A stretch of DNA of 63,128 bases, the filler included, from Saprolegnia diclina VS20 (Eukaryota): NCBI RefSeq assembly GCF_000281045.1. It is 5 parts of 2 records of this genome, joined end to end, with 100 filler letters (N's around TTAATTAATTAA, not from the genome) between each part and the next. Parts side by side here need not be neighbours in the genome. Positions count along the whole stretch, not along the records: positions 29,450 to 50,520 come from NW_008246070.1; positions 50,621 to 57,850 come from NW_008246071.1; 3 more parts are not named here. One strand, written 5' to 3'. The position numbers were made by a program, and so were the translations under genes. Below the pieces are notes generated by a model, which ran no database searches, had not been told where the DNA came from, and saw only the letters and a list, made by a program, of their open reading frames with translations. The stretch's first letter is position 1. Every line of letters starts with the position of its first letter. Positions 45,228-57,309 of the stretch are shown here, one piece after another.

Positions 45228-46826
45228 GTGGCAGCGCCAAAAGAGTATACGGCGATGTTTAAAGAGCGTGTTTTTAGCCATCGCAAACCGGACAACCATT
45301 CGGATACGGCAGTGGGCTGGTGGACGATGAGCTTGAACTTGCCGCAGCATGGCTGGGACGACGGCTGCCTCGACGTGTACGAGAAGATCGAGTGCATTGG
45401 CGCCGGGACATACGGGCAGGTCTACCTCGCTGCCCACCGGGACACGGGCGACATGGTCGCGCTTAAGAAGATCCGCAGCCTCAACGAGGTCCAAGGTCTT
45501 CCCGTGACCTCGATCCGCGAGATCAAGGTGCTCAAGTCGCTCCGCCACCGCAACCTCGTGGGCCTCAAAGAGGTCATCGTGACCAACGAGGTCGACGATC
45601 CCGACGACGATTTCGCCGGTGCCCACTGCGATCTTCTGCCTCTGGTCGTCTCATGCGCTTGGTAGAAAAGTGCGGGCCCGGCGCCGACTTTACCACGGGA
45701 TGCATCTACCTCGTGCTCGAGTACGTCGAACACGACCTCACGGGCCTTATCGACCGGCAGTACCCGTACGTACACGCTATGCTTCCGGCATCTCATGGCA
45801 CGCAGTTTCTCGGACGTGGAGATCAAGAGCATCATGAAGCAGCTCTGCGAAGTCATGGTCGCCATGCACGCCGTCGACATCATCCACCGGTACGCCCTGT
45901 ACGATGGCCCAAGTCGCTGATACCGATGTCATGTAGTGATATCAAGTGCTCGAACCTCCTCATGACGCCCAAGCATGTGTTGAAGGTCGCCGACTTTGGC
46001 CTCGCGCGGTCCATTGGCGGTGGCGAGCAAAATTTTACCAACAAGGTTTGCATTCTCAGTCATATCTGTAGCCTCAACATAGTCACATGAGTAGGTAGTC
46101 ACGCTCTGGTATCGCAGCCCCGAGCTCCTCCTTGGCGCCACCTCGTACGACGCAATGGTTGACATGTGGAGTGTGGGGTACTGTCTTGCGTCCGGAGGCT
46201 CGCATCCTCCTCATTCTCTATCTAGTTGTGTGTTTGCCGAGCTGTACATTGGCCGGCCGCTCTTTGCCGGCAAGAACGAGATGGAGCAAATCCGCCGCAT
46301 CTTTGACGTCTGTGGGTCGCCCACGCCAAGCAACTGGCCCGACCACGGGAGCTTGCCGTTTACAAACAAGTTTGTACCGGACGCAGCGCTGCCCAACCGC
46401 CTCGCCGACTTTCTCAAGCGTGAAACGCAAGTACGGTACCCGCAACGGGAGCTGCCCACGGGGGCGCTGGACCTTATGACGAGCCTCCTGCAACTGGACC
46501 CAAAGAAGCGTCTCACCGCGTCGGCAGCACTCCAGTCGCGGTACTTTCGGTCCGAGCCGCTTGCGCCGACCGACCCAGAGAGGTAGAGGAGCCATCCCAT
46601 GAATCACTCGCGTCACCCCAAGCGTAGCTTGCCGCCTCTGTCCAACTTGCCGCCGTCGCACGAATTTCAGACCAAGAAAATCCGAAAAGAACAAGCATCG
46701 AAGCGCAACCTGTCCGCCTCCATGTCCATCTCGTCCGAGAGCCGACCGTTGGGAACTCCGAGCGATGCGCCGCTGCCGCCCAAGCGCGCCAAAACTTCGA
46801 GCATCGACCTAAAACCTCGGCCGTAG
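45228..46826 (+). CDS. Cyclin-dependent kinase, CDK9/CDK12 (CDKC)-like, multi-exon
   Basis: IGAGTYGQVY, VALKKIR, GLPVTSIREIKVL (PITAIRE-like), DIKCSNLL, ADFGLAR, FTNKVVTLWYRSPELLLG, LLQLDPKKRLTA, C-terminal SHEFQTKK. Confidence 0.9.
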
Positions 46827-47106
46827 TCGTCGAGACCCTACCCCTCACATACTGGACCGCTAAACCCACAATTTTTCGTTGGGTAAAACCTTCAAATTGG
46901 CGCTTTTTGCGGGTCAACCGTCCAAACTTTTGCGTCATATCGCCCCGTACTTGAGCCTATTTGATCGCTCGAGAATTCCTCGGCACGAATCACTCCATAA
47001 ATTTCAAGCAAAACACTTTACAGAAAAAAATTGCGAGTGTACAATGTGTAAAATATAATGGCGAATCGTTGATGCATGTTGTACACGTTTGTAAATGTAA
47101 ATCTAC

Positions 47107-49965
47107 TTAGGAAATGCAGGTGCCGCGCGTGTAGATGTACGACTTGGTCCTGTCGAGCGGTCCTTTGGTCTCTCGGAACGTATTAGCAATAATGTCGCCG
47201 ACGGCGCGGGGCGTCACGCAGACCCATTTGGGGCCGTACAACGCGAGCACCAAGCTGTAAATGCTCACGATCGTAAACTCTTCGTCGCCTTTCTTCATCG
47301 AGGCGGTCGCGCTACGCATAGTCTGTGAGTACTATGTCCTCGAAAAGACTCTCATCATACTCGGGCGCATTGAGAACCGTGGCATACCCGAGCAGCGCCA
47401 TCGTGCTAGAGCTAACGTCATGCACGAACCTTGGACCTTCAAGTACCTCGGCTTACAGAACATGCGGTTGCCAATCTTGATGGCATTCGTCTGCTCGAGG
47501 GGGAGCGTCGTGAGGACGTTGGGGGGCGTCACGTGCGAGAGGAACGAGTTGGTGCTGCACCAGTTGGTCGACAGGAAGATCCTACTCGACGTGGATGCCA
47601 CTGCCGACGATACACCGTCGCACCGGCGCGCCATGGCGATGCGATGAAGCGTTGCGTAGCCAATGGACGCGGCCCACGCCACGAACAGCGGTGTTAAAAT
47701 ATCGCTTTGGAGCTCCGTGAACGCCGTGGGGGTGCCGTCGGCGACGTATGCGCCGCTCGGCCATGTCGCATTGTTGATAAACATACCTAAAATGATATAA
47801 TATGCATAATTGCATACGATGAAATAGACCACGCGGTACCAATGAACGGCGGGGCCGCATAAAACGCATTGTAAACTTGTTTGAAGAGGATGTCGTTGCC
47901 CGCGAGGAGGTAGAAAATGGCGGCAATCGACGCATACATGTAGAGCGGCGCCGAGTACGTCAAGCACTTTTGACCAAGGAGCGACCGAAGCGGTCGGCAT
48001 AGCCAATCGAGAATGCTACATGTGGAAATGCTATGGCAGCTGCACAACGTCCGTCGAAAGTACCTCAGTGCAAGGAGCCACCCGAACGAGACAAAGCTCG
48101 CGACCATGAGAGCAGAGAGGCTCCAGATCTTGAAGCCGTTGTCTGTAAAGTAGTAGATGCGCGAGACGTCCATGTAGAGTAGACCGGGCATCGCGTTGAC
48201 GAGGATGCAGACAAGGAGCAGCTACACCCATAGCTGTAGATTAGAAACCGCGGGTAGGGCAGAGCTGCACCTTGCGCCGCTCGAGACCCGAGAGAATCGC
48301 GTACGTAAGCACTGGCTTCCCGCCCAAAACACCCTTGAGCCCTAGCCCTTGTATATAGTACATGATAGGATGTCGGTTCTTTGTACCTTGATATGTGGTG
48401 AGGAGGTCACCGCTGAGCAGCAAGAGCGTCATGATGGCGAAAATGACTTGAATTGCGATGAGTTCGTTGGCGTTGGCGACCGTGTGCCCGCAGTTCCAGC
48501 CCGGCACGATGGGCAATTTCGAGTGTGCCCCTACACCCGTTGTCCTTAGTACTCGATCATCCATAGATCGTAAGTGTACCTTGGCTCCAGCCGGTGAGTC
48601 CTAGGGCTGAGATCTGCCCCGAGAGCTCTTCGATCTCGGTGTGGCACGCAGACGTGACCAAGTACCTGATGAAAAGACCGAGATCCTGTTATACTCCTGA
48701 CGAGGCGACACGTGTTGATGCATACCGGTTGCCAAGCGGGCGTGACGTGATGATGCTGCTCAAGCCAAGGACGTCGTTTTCAATGCCACCCGCTTGCGTG
48801 ATCACGGTTCGCTTGACGCTCTCAATGAGGGGTGCGACCGATCCGTCTGTGCTCACGTAGCTCTGGACAAGCTGTCATGTGTTATGAGTGTNNNNNNNNN
48901 NNNNNNNNNNNNNNNNNNNNNNNNNNNNNNNNNNNNNNNNNNNNNNNNNNNNNNNNNNNNNNNNNNNNNNNNNNNNNNNNNNNNNNNNNNNGACTCACCG
49001 GCTGGAGCCAAGGTACACTTACGATCTATGGATGATCGAGTACTAAGGACAACGGGTGTAGGGGCACACTCGAAATTACCCATCGTTTCTGGCGTCAGGT
49101 CCGAGTAGAGCGTCATGAGGTAGACGCCGTCCGGGTGATTTTCGCGGATCTATTATCGTACATTATCACCACAAATCCGAAAAATAAATAAAAATACCGT
49201 CGTTTCGAGCATCACCATGCCGGCGACGGGCTGCGCGCCGTTTGTCGGCAAACACTCGGGGAAGCTAGTGTACCTAGGTATGTCACCATAGTCAAGGAAG
49301 AACACCACATTTCGTATCAGTACCCGGCGATGAGCTGGAGGTCGGTCCACCCGACAGCCGCGCCACCAATGATGCACGTCGTGACATACATCGGACTTGC
49401 TACGGACATATATGTGATCTTTGCGAGCAACAGCTGCAGTTACAAACCTTTTGCGAGCTCGAGCGACCACTGCTGCGCGAGGGCGACGCCGACGGCCGCC
49501 CAGGCCGCCGGTACAATCGCGCTTTCCTCCACGGCCGAGCACCTACAACATCCTCATAGCTCATCACGCGACTACCTCACCATCATTGTACGTGTTGGGG
49601 ACAAAGCCGTTGGCATTGAGCTTACAGTTTTGGCCGTAGGGCGCCCAGAAGAAGCCCTCAGTCTGCGTATTCGCTGAGATGCCCGTGCGGGCAAACATGT
49701 TCTGGCACGAAACTACGCTTGACCAAGAGAAGAGGACAGGCGTAGTGTACCTGGGACAGAAGCACGATGAGCGTGGCGACCGAGAGGAAGACGAGGGCGC
49801 CAGCGACGAGGTTGGAGAGGATACGCGTGAGCGCCACGTATGACGTGCTCTTCTCGTTTGCTTTTTTGTCGGAGCGACTGCTGGCGGTCGATCGCGCCGA
49901 CGACGACACTGTCTTGCCTAGCTGCAAGTAGCAATGTCATACATACCGGTAGTACAGAGAGCCAT
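47107..49965 (-). CDS. Oomycete-type multipass membrane protein, family copy C (interrupted by gap)
   Basis: ECLPTNGAQPVAGMVMLETT, IVPGWNCGH, LSGDLLTTYQ, KPVLTYAILSGLERRK, PGLLYMDVSRIY, ATWPSGAYVADGTP, LPLEQTNAIKIGNRMFCKP, YTRGTCIS-stop; start approximate. Confidence 0.72.
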
Positions 49966-50338
49966 CAAAGTCGAAATGCGTACATCGGACTGGAGGCGAT
50001 AGACCCACGAACGCAGCGGGATGACAACCATGGTGCGGCTCAAGTGCGCTCGTGCCGACAAGAAAGGACGCGCGATGGAGAATTCGATTATGTATTCTTA
50101 GGCGAATGTTTCAAACGCTTAAAATACGATAAACGGATACCCTGCTAAACTATCTTCGAGGAAAACCCATTCATTGTCCAACCGCAATAACCCAACTGTG
50201 CGATCCCCTTCACTTTTTGATTTATGGAAACACTATACCTCTCTGATGCAAACCACTGGAAGTCTAGGCCTGCGTCCCATCTCGACCAACTTCGCCGCAC
50301 CCAACCACGCAAGGGTATATATTTTGTCATATGTAGGA

Positions 50339-50520
50339 CTAGGAAATGCAGGTGCCGCGGCTGTAGCTGTACGCTTTGAGCTTGTCGAGGGTCGTCTGGG
50401 CTTGTACTTTAAACATGTTGCTCGAGATGTAGCCAATGACGCGCGCGCGCCACGGCAGCCACGCCGGTGCATACAGGGACGGCAGCAGCGCGTAGATGCT
50501 AACGATCGCATAGTCGCTCG
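50339..50520 (-). CDS. Oomycete-type multipass membrane protein, family copy D (3' fragment; rest in gap)
   Basis: Manual translation SDYAIVSIYALLPSLYAPAWLPWRARVIGYISSNMFKVQAQTTLDKLKAYSYSRGTCIS-stop matches the C-termini of copies A and C. Confidence 0.75.
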
Positions 50521-52607
50521 NNNNNNNNNNNNNNNNNNNNNNNNNNNNNNNNNNNNNNNNNNNNTTAATTAATTAANNNNNNNNNNNNNNNNNNNNNNNN
50601 NNNNNNNNNNNNNNNNNNNNGCGCGCTAGGATCTACTGCTATCCAACTTGCATCGTGGTGAGCGTTCTTCTAGAGTTGAGACTCTGCACTGTTGTGCCAA
50701 AGACGTCACCACGTATCAGCAGTATATATTACAAATTCTCAATGACTACGCTAAATAACTACTCCAAGTGCGCAAGGTGGACGTTGTTGCCGACGGTGGC
50801 CTATGCATCACGTTAGTTTTTAGCTCACCAAGTAGATCACACGTACCGATTGCAGTGCCGCGGCCGTCGCAACACGCTCCATCGTGACGTGCTGAGCCAG
50901 AAATACCTGGCCCCGGCGGACGGCCTGGAGCTCGTTGCGAGTTGTGTCGAGTGCAGCAGCGACGCGGACATCGCTCGCAAAGTGACGCCTCTCTGTAACG
51001 CTAATGTCACGAGGGTGAGACTACAAGTGCACCGTCGTGCAGAGATGCAGCAGTGGTTTTGACGTTTGGGGACGCAAACCCAATGCGATAGTTGGCAATA
51101 GAGAACGGCACCATAGCTGATCTAGTAAGTGCTGAATAAATATTATCATAAATTCGCTCCACGCGACGTTTGCGCAACGCAGCGGCTTCTGCATCGCTAC
51201 GATGCAGTCTGTCGACGCTAGCTCTCTCAGCCACAGCATCGCTCGCGATCGGCGGCCTTCTCCAACATGCATTTGGCGTCGAACTTCAACCACACGCTTC
51301 GGGCTTCCATTGAAGCTCGAAGTCCCATTAGCAGCACTCGCAGCAAGTGGCTCGAACAAAGAAAGTCCCGAGTGGCCGGCAGCGGCAAGAGCAACGGCGA
51401 GCTTTGTAGATCTGTCTGTGCCCGCTCTCTGCCGCGAGTACACTGATTTTTCCACAAATCCTCTGAATGTCAACGGCTACCAACAGATCCCAATGAGCAG
51501 CGGTGACCACATCATTGGCCAAGTGTGTACAACGAGTGTGTGACGTATCGGTTCATTGTGTATTACTGGTAGGAACCTCCTGGTTACCCAGCCCACCAGG
51601 GATTATTTGCCTGTTTGTTTTTTGTTTGTTTTTTGTTTGTTTTTTGCCTGTCCCATTTTGGATTGGTTAAAATGTTGTTGCTTGCGTAGTATGATTGGAC
51701 AGCTCGCAACAATCTTGATGCGTTTTGACAGGCCGGCGCCATGTCGCTCGGTGATGTGCATTGACCGGCCGCTCTTGCTATAAAACGCCATGTAGCTAGC
51801 TAGCTAGACATTTAAGCAACATGCGAGCATCGAATGAGCGCAAGCGCAAGGCGCGCGCTGAGCAGAAGGCCACCGAGACGCNNNNNNNNNNNNNNNNNNN
51901 NNNNNNNNNNNNNNNNNNNNNNNNNNNNNNNNNNNNNNNNNNNNNNNNNNNNNNNNNNNNNNNNNNNNNNNNNNNNNNNNNNNNNNNNNNNNNNNNNNNN
52001 NNNNNNNNNNNNNNNNNNNNNNNNNNNNNNNNNNNNNNNNNNNNNNNNNNNNNNNNNNNNNNNNNNNNNNNNNNNNNNNNNNNNNNNNNNNNNNNNNNNN
52101 NNNNNNNNNNNNNNNNNNNNNNNNNNNNNNNNNNNNNNNNNNNNNNNNNNNNNNNNNNNNNNNNNNNNNNNNNNNNNNNNNNNNNNNNNNNNNNNNNNNN
52201 NNNNNNNNNNNNNNNNNNNNNNNNNNNNNNNNNNNNNNNNNNNNNNNNNNNNNNNNNNNNNNNNNNNNNNNNNNNNNNNNNNNNNNNNNNNNNNNNNNNN
52301 NNNNNNNNNNNNNNNNNNNNNNNNNNNNNNNNNNNNNNNNNNNNNNNNNNNNNNNNNNNNNNNNNNNNNNNNNNNNNNNNNNNNNNNNNNNNNNNNNNNN
52401 NNNNNNNNNNNNNNNNNNNNNNNNNNNNNNNNNNNNNNNNNNNNNNNNNNNNNNNNNNNNNNNNNNNNNNNNNNNNNNNNNNNNNNNNNNNNNNNNNNNN
52501 NNNNNNNNNNNNNNNNNNNNNNNNNNNNNNNNNNNNNNNNNNNNNNNNNNNNNNNNNNNNNNNNNNNNNNNNNNNNNNNNNNNNNNNNNNNNNNNNNNNN
52601 NNNNNNN

Positions 52608-53764
52608 TCATCGGGTGGTACCGCGCTTGCGTCGCCGGTCGTCTTGGCGTGCAGGAGCGCGCGCATCGCTTGCTCAAACCCGAGCGAGTGGCTCGCAAAC
52701 ATCTCCATAATGTGCTGGCTCACGGGCACGCCCATGATGTGACCCTCGAGCAGCGGCGCCTCGGCAAAGAACGGGATTGCCTTCTGAAAGTACTTGACTT
52801 CGGTGGTTTGCGAGGCTGCGTCCCACTGCAGCACCATCCACGACACCTCGTGGGCTAACCCGAGGCGCGGGTCAAAGGTGAAAATCTCGTCTTCGTGCAC
52901 GTTGCGGGCAACGACGACGACGCGCGAATCGCCCTCGCGGAAGCGCTTGAGAATGATGCGTCGCTGGATCTTCCCGAGCGAATAGTGCCGAAGACTACCC
53001 ACGTACAGTGTATCGGCATCGACTTCTTCGAGCACGCGATAGACGCCTTGGACGCTGGCGACGGTAAAGACACCTCGCAAGACGTCCCAGATGGCGCTCG
53101 CGGCCTCAGCGAGCGGCGCGGGCAGCCGCGTGAACACGATCGTGTGCACCTCGAGGAGTCCGTCCCGCAGGACCGGAATGTATTGTCGGCCTTCTTTGAC
53201 CGGCTCGATGAGCTTGGCTTCAATGAACGCGCTTGTTTGGCTCGCGTAATCACGGTTGACGATTGCATGGTACGCGGCGCGGCGCGCGATCGGGTCCGCG
53301 ACCAGCTTGTAGTGCTTCCACTGCTCGTGCGCGTCAACGCAGACGTAGCGCGGTGTCGGCGACTTGCGAATGAGCGCCGCGAGCGACTGCGCAAACTCGA
53401 CCTGCTCGCTAATCGCCTCTTTGAGCTCGCGGTTCTCGAGGAGGACATGCGCACGCTGGACCCGCTCTTGTTTTGCGAGCTTCTCCCACTTGCTCGGTGG
53501 TTGGAGAATGTCACGCAGCTCGCTGTCACGCGTGAGCTGCTCCAGCTCGGCCTGCAGCTCGTCGACCTTGCGCTTCAAGAAGACGAGCTCGTCGCGCTGT
53601 CGCTGCCGATGGCGCTGCAGCGCGAGCCGTTGGCGCTCGCGGGACGATGCGCCCAATGCCTTGTTTTCGGCGGCGAAGACGGAGCCGTCGATGGACGCGA
53701 GGTCGCAGTCGGCGAGGATGTCGGCGCCAAAGAGACCGCCGTCTTGCCAGCCTTCGTCGCCCAT
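52608..53764 (-). CDS. bZIP-like + START-like (M96-like) protein, paralog 1; 3' end in gap
   Basis: RQRLALQRHRQRQRDELVFLKRKVDELQAELEQL, SKWEKLAKQER, ENRELKEAISEQVEFAQSL, KLVADPIARRAAYHAIV, VVARNVHEDEIF. Confidence 0.8.
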
Positions 53765-54513
53765 CTCCACTGTGTCGAGATTGCACTTGCCAGATCCTGT
53801 GTGCTCTGAAAACCTCCAAGAACCAATAGTCACCCGAATGTGATCGAACAGCACCGATGCATATGCGATGCCAGAGGTTTCCTGACCATCTTGCACCTAG
53901 AGAACGCGACCCACTGCGCCTCTGGGCGACCGATGCAGACGGTATACTCTAGTACTAATATGGGCACGAAAGGCAACCAAGGAGTTGACGATCGAGCCAA
54001 CTGCAGCAGCAGCCCACACGCATGTGACGCTCGATGGTGCGCAGGATGGGATGGCCTTGAAGGCGCCGCCGGATGGCTTGAAGTACGTTGTCGACGCAAT
54101 CGGCAAGGCTGTCAACACAACGCTTCTTGATCGGCGGTAGGAATCAGCGCTTCCACTCCTCCTCATGACGATAAGCTATCAGCACTTAGTATTCATCTAC
54201 AATGTCGTTCTACTGGCCAACGGTGCGCGTACGAGAAGCGCGAGGCGATACACAGTAACCTTGCCGAGACGTCGTGCTCGCGACAAGGTGTTGCCCGATG
54301 ACTGCCTCGTGCTTGTCGGATCTGCAAGCTGCGCCAACCTAAAATGTGCTGCCGAGCAGCCCGGCCACCACCCACGGCTCCGTCGCGTCCGTCGGCAAGC
54401 GCTCCCATGGACAAGCTCGTCAAAGAACCTTCATACCTTCGTATCGCAGACAAACAAGACAGGCTTCGAGTTAGCTTAATACAGTGATAGGAGCAAGTAC
54501 AGTAGGGCAGTCA

Positions 54514-55623
54514 TCACCCAGACGGCGGCGCGGACGACGCAATGATGCCGGCGATCTGGTCGCGAATCGCGCGCTCGTAGCTTTTGGTGATCTTTTGGAA
54601 GAGCAGCATGAGATGCATTGTCACTGGACCCTCGGCATCTTTGAAGGACGAGAGGGGCGGGTGCACTTTCTGACAGTACTTGAGCGTGACGGCACCCGTC
54701 GCAGGGTCCTCGATAAGCTGCGCCCATGCGACCTCGTCCATGACGGCGAGCTCCGGGTCGAGCGGGAACACGTCGTCGACCGCGATGCTCCGCGCCACGT
54801 ACGAGACGCAGTGCGGGCTGTGATACCGCTTCACCAAGAGCCGGCGCTGGGCTTTGAGGGGTCGGTGCAGCGACGAAAAGTACGACATATCGGCGTCAAT
54901 GTCGGCCAAATGTACGTACTCGCCGAGCACGGGCTTCAAGCGCGACGCACCGCGGATGACGTCCCAGCCCGCCTGGACAGCCACGTCGAACGCGCAGTCC
55001 AAGTACACGAGCGCGATCGTGTCGACGATGAGCGCGTCGCCTTCGAAACGCGCTTCGTTTTTCTGAAACTCGCTTGTCGGGTTGGTCAAGCCGGCTTGTG
55101 CGTACGCAGCGTCGAGCTTGGCAATCTCGCTGTCAGTGATCGCGTGGTAGGCCGCCATGCGCGCACACGGCTCCATCGGTAGCGTCAATGTGCGCTCTGT
55201 GGCCGTGTACGAGCTCGGGTACAGCGACCGTGGCCGCTTGGACACGATGCGCACGAGCGAGTGCGCAAAGTCCACTTGCTGGTGCAACGACGCGCGGAGT
55301 TCGTCGTTCTGGTCCATGGCGTCTTGGCGCCGCTTGCGCTCCGCTTTCGCGAGGAGCTCCCACTTGGCAGGCTCTTCCGCCACAGCGGCGCGCTTGGCGT
55401 GGAGCAACTCCAGCTTCTCTTTGAGCTCTGAGACCTTGTCGGTCAAGAACGCAAGCTCGGTGCGTGTGCGCTGGCTGTGACGATGGAAGGCCTCGCGCTG
55501 CTTGCGCCTCTGCTCTGAGCGAGGCGATGGCGGCGGCTCCTCTGTCGTCGACGCCTCGAGAGCAGCGACGTCGAGGCCATCCAGCGCGGCCTGCACGTCG
55601 TCTTCCCACGTCGGGCCCAGCAT
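54514..55623 (-). CDS. bZIP-like + START-like (M96-like) protein, paralog 2
   Basis: RKQREAFHRHSQRTRTELAFLTDKVSELKEKLELL, AKWELLAKAER, QNDELRASLHQQVDFAHSL, AAYHAI, VARSIAVDDVFP; intronless, 369 aa. Confidence 0.82.
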   Translation of the reverse strand: MLGPTWEDDVQAALDGLDVAALEASTTEEPPPSPRSEQRRKQREAFHRHSQRTRTELAFLTDKVSELKEKLELLHAKRAAVAEEPAKWELLAKAERKRRQDAMDQNDELRASLHQQVDFAHSLVRIVSKRPRSLYPSSYTATERTLTLPMEPCARMAAYHAITDSEIAKLDAAYAQAGLTNPTSEFQKNEARFEGDALIVDTIALVYLDCAFDVAVQAGWDVIRGASRLKPVLGEYVHLADIDADMSYFSSLHRPLKAQRRLLVKRYHSPHCVSYVARSIAVDDVFPLDPELAVMDEVAWAQLIEDPATGAVTLKYCQKVHPPLSSFKDAEGPVTMHLMLLFQKITKSYERAIRDQIAGIIASSAPPSG

Positions 55624-56073
55624 CGTTTCCAGTGGAATGGAGCCCTCTGAAAAGCTATATTCTCGCGTGTGTTACAGGTATGCACCTGTCACGTGTTACG
55701 TTGCAGCCACTGTCGCGTTGTTTGAGCCAGTGGATGAGACGCTGGCTTATACACTGTTTCCGTTTCATTCGAAACAGCCCCCAGTCCACGACACTGTGGG
55801 GCGCTGTTGGTGTTGGCTATTGCTGCTCAGTCTACAACAAATCCAGCTCCCTTTGCACGTTGCAGCTAGGAAGACGTTGCATGATTCCCTTCAAGGCAGC
55901 GAGCTTGCCACTGCTGACGGCCACTCCGGCCTAATTCTTATCCCGTCATTCACTGAGATGCTGCTATCGCGTTGAACCATGAGACGACCCAACAAGGAAC
56001 GAGCCGACGTGGGCAAGACGACAACATGTATTAGATAGGCGATGGTAGGGTGCTGGGACGCAAAAAGAGCGTC

Positions 56074-57309
56074 TTACAACTCGGTGTACGTGCCGAGACT
56101 CAATTTCTGCACTTGGGCGTGGATCTCTTCTTCGAATTTGAACATGCCCTTGGCGTAAAGCTCCATGAGGTACTGGCACGCGAGCTTGGACCCTTCGTCT
56201 TGGCTCTTGGTCGCGACAAGCGACGGCTTGGCCTTCTGAAAGTACCTGAGCTCCGTGAGTCCCTGCGCGTCCATCTCGACCGACATCCACGCAATCTCGT
56301 TCGCGATCGCATAGTCGGGCAAGAGCGGGTACAGCTCGTCGTCGTAGATCGATCGGTGCACAATCACGCACCGCGTCGGGTTCTCAAAGTACCGCTTGAC
56401 GACGACGCGCCGCTGGATGTTGCCCACCGGCGACTCGCGCTTCCCCGTCACGTACGTCATGGACGCGTCGAGTTCGAGCATCATCTTGTACACGCCTTGG
56501 AGCGCCATGACCTCGGCCGCACCGCGCGCGACCTCCCACACGGCGTCGGCCACGATGTTGAAGAGGACGGGAAACTTGCATCGAATGATTGTCTGCACCT
56601 CGAGGCAGCCGTCGTGCACGATGGGCACGTGGCGCCGGCCCTCCCACGACGTCTCCATCAAGCCTGCTTCGATGAACGCGCTGTTGAGCTTGGCGTACTC
56701 GCGGTCGACGATCGCGTGGTAGGCAGCGTCGCGCGTGATTGGGTCGGCCACGAGCTTGAGGAGTTTCCACTGGTCGGTCGCGTCGGCGTGGTTGATGGCG
56801 AGACGCGGCTTCTTTTGCACAATGCTGACGAGGCACTCGGCGAACTGGACCTGCTCTTCGAGCGCTTCTTTGAGCCGCGAGTTCTCGAGCAGCGCCTCTT
56901 GCTCGCGCCGGCGCTCGTTCTTGGCGAGCTTTTGCCACTTGGACGGCGGGTGCAGAATGTCCTGAAGCGCCTTCGCCTGCGTCATGCTCTGCAGATTCAG
57001 CTGGAGCTCTTCGACCTTGGACTTGAGGTAGTTGAGCTCGTTGCGCTGCTTTTGCCGGTGGCGCTGGACAGCGAGGACTTGCTTGGACGGTTGCTTCTTC
57101 TTGGGTGCGGTCTCGGTCTCCGAGCTGCTCGAGGATGCGACGCCGGGCGGGAGGAAGATATCGTCGAGCATGTTGTACTCGTCGAAGGTCAGCGGCGCCG
57201 GCAGCGCCATGCTGTTGCTGCTGCTGCCTGCTTGCGGCCGGGTCATCGGAAGGATGAAGCAATCCGAGTTCTTACTCTTGGCGCCTGTAGCATCGCAAAC
57301 CTCTGACAA
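56074..57309 (-). CDS. bZIP-like + START-like (M96-like) protein, paralog 3 (true start likely Met at 57246 or 57210)
   Basis: KQVLAVQRHRQKQRNELNYLKSKVEELQLNL, SKWQKLAKNER, ENSRLKEALEEQVQFAECL, KLVADPITRDAAYHAIV, VHRSIYDDELYP. Confidence 0.82.
   Translation of the reverse strand: MSEVCDATGAKSKNSDCFILPMTRPQAGSSSNSMALPAPLTFDEYNMLDDIFLPPGVASSSSSETETAPKKKQPSKQVLAVQRHRQKQRNELNYLKSKVEELQLNLQSMTQAKALQDILHPPSKWQKLAKNERRREQEALLENSRLKEALEEQVQFAECLVSIVQKKPRLAINHADATDQWKLLKLVADPITRDAAYHAIVDREYAKLNSAFIEAGLMETSWEGRRHVPIVHDGCLEVQTIIRCKFPVLFNIVADAVWEVARGAAEVMALQGVYKMMLELDASMTYVTGKRESPVGNIQRRVVVKRYFENPTRCVIVHRSIYDDELYPLLPDYAIANEIAWMSVEMDAQGLTELRYFQKAKPSLVATKSQDEGSKLACQYLMELYAKGMFKFEEEIHAQVQKLSLGTYTEL

Noticed and set aside
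51796..52858. Long poly-X ORFs spanning gaps (also 58296-60054)
   Set aside because: Artefacts of translating N-runs. Only short flanks such as MRASNERKRKARAEQKATET and MDLDAPIKSAAP may be real gene starts, and they are too short to call.
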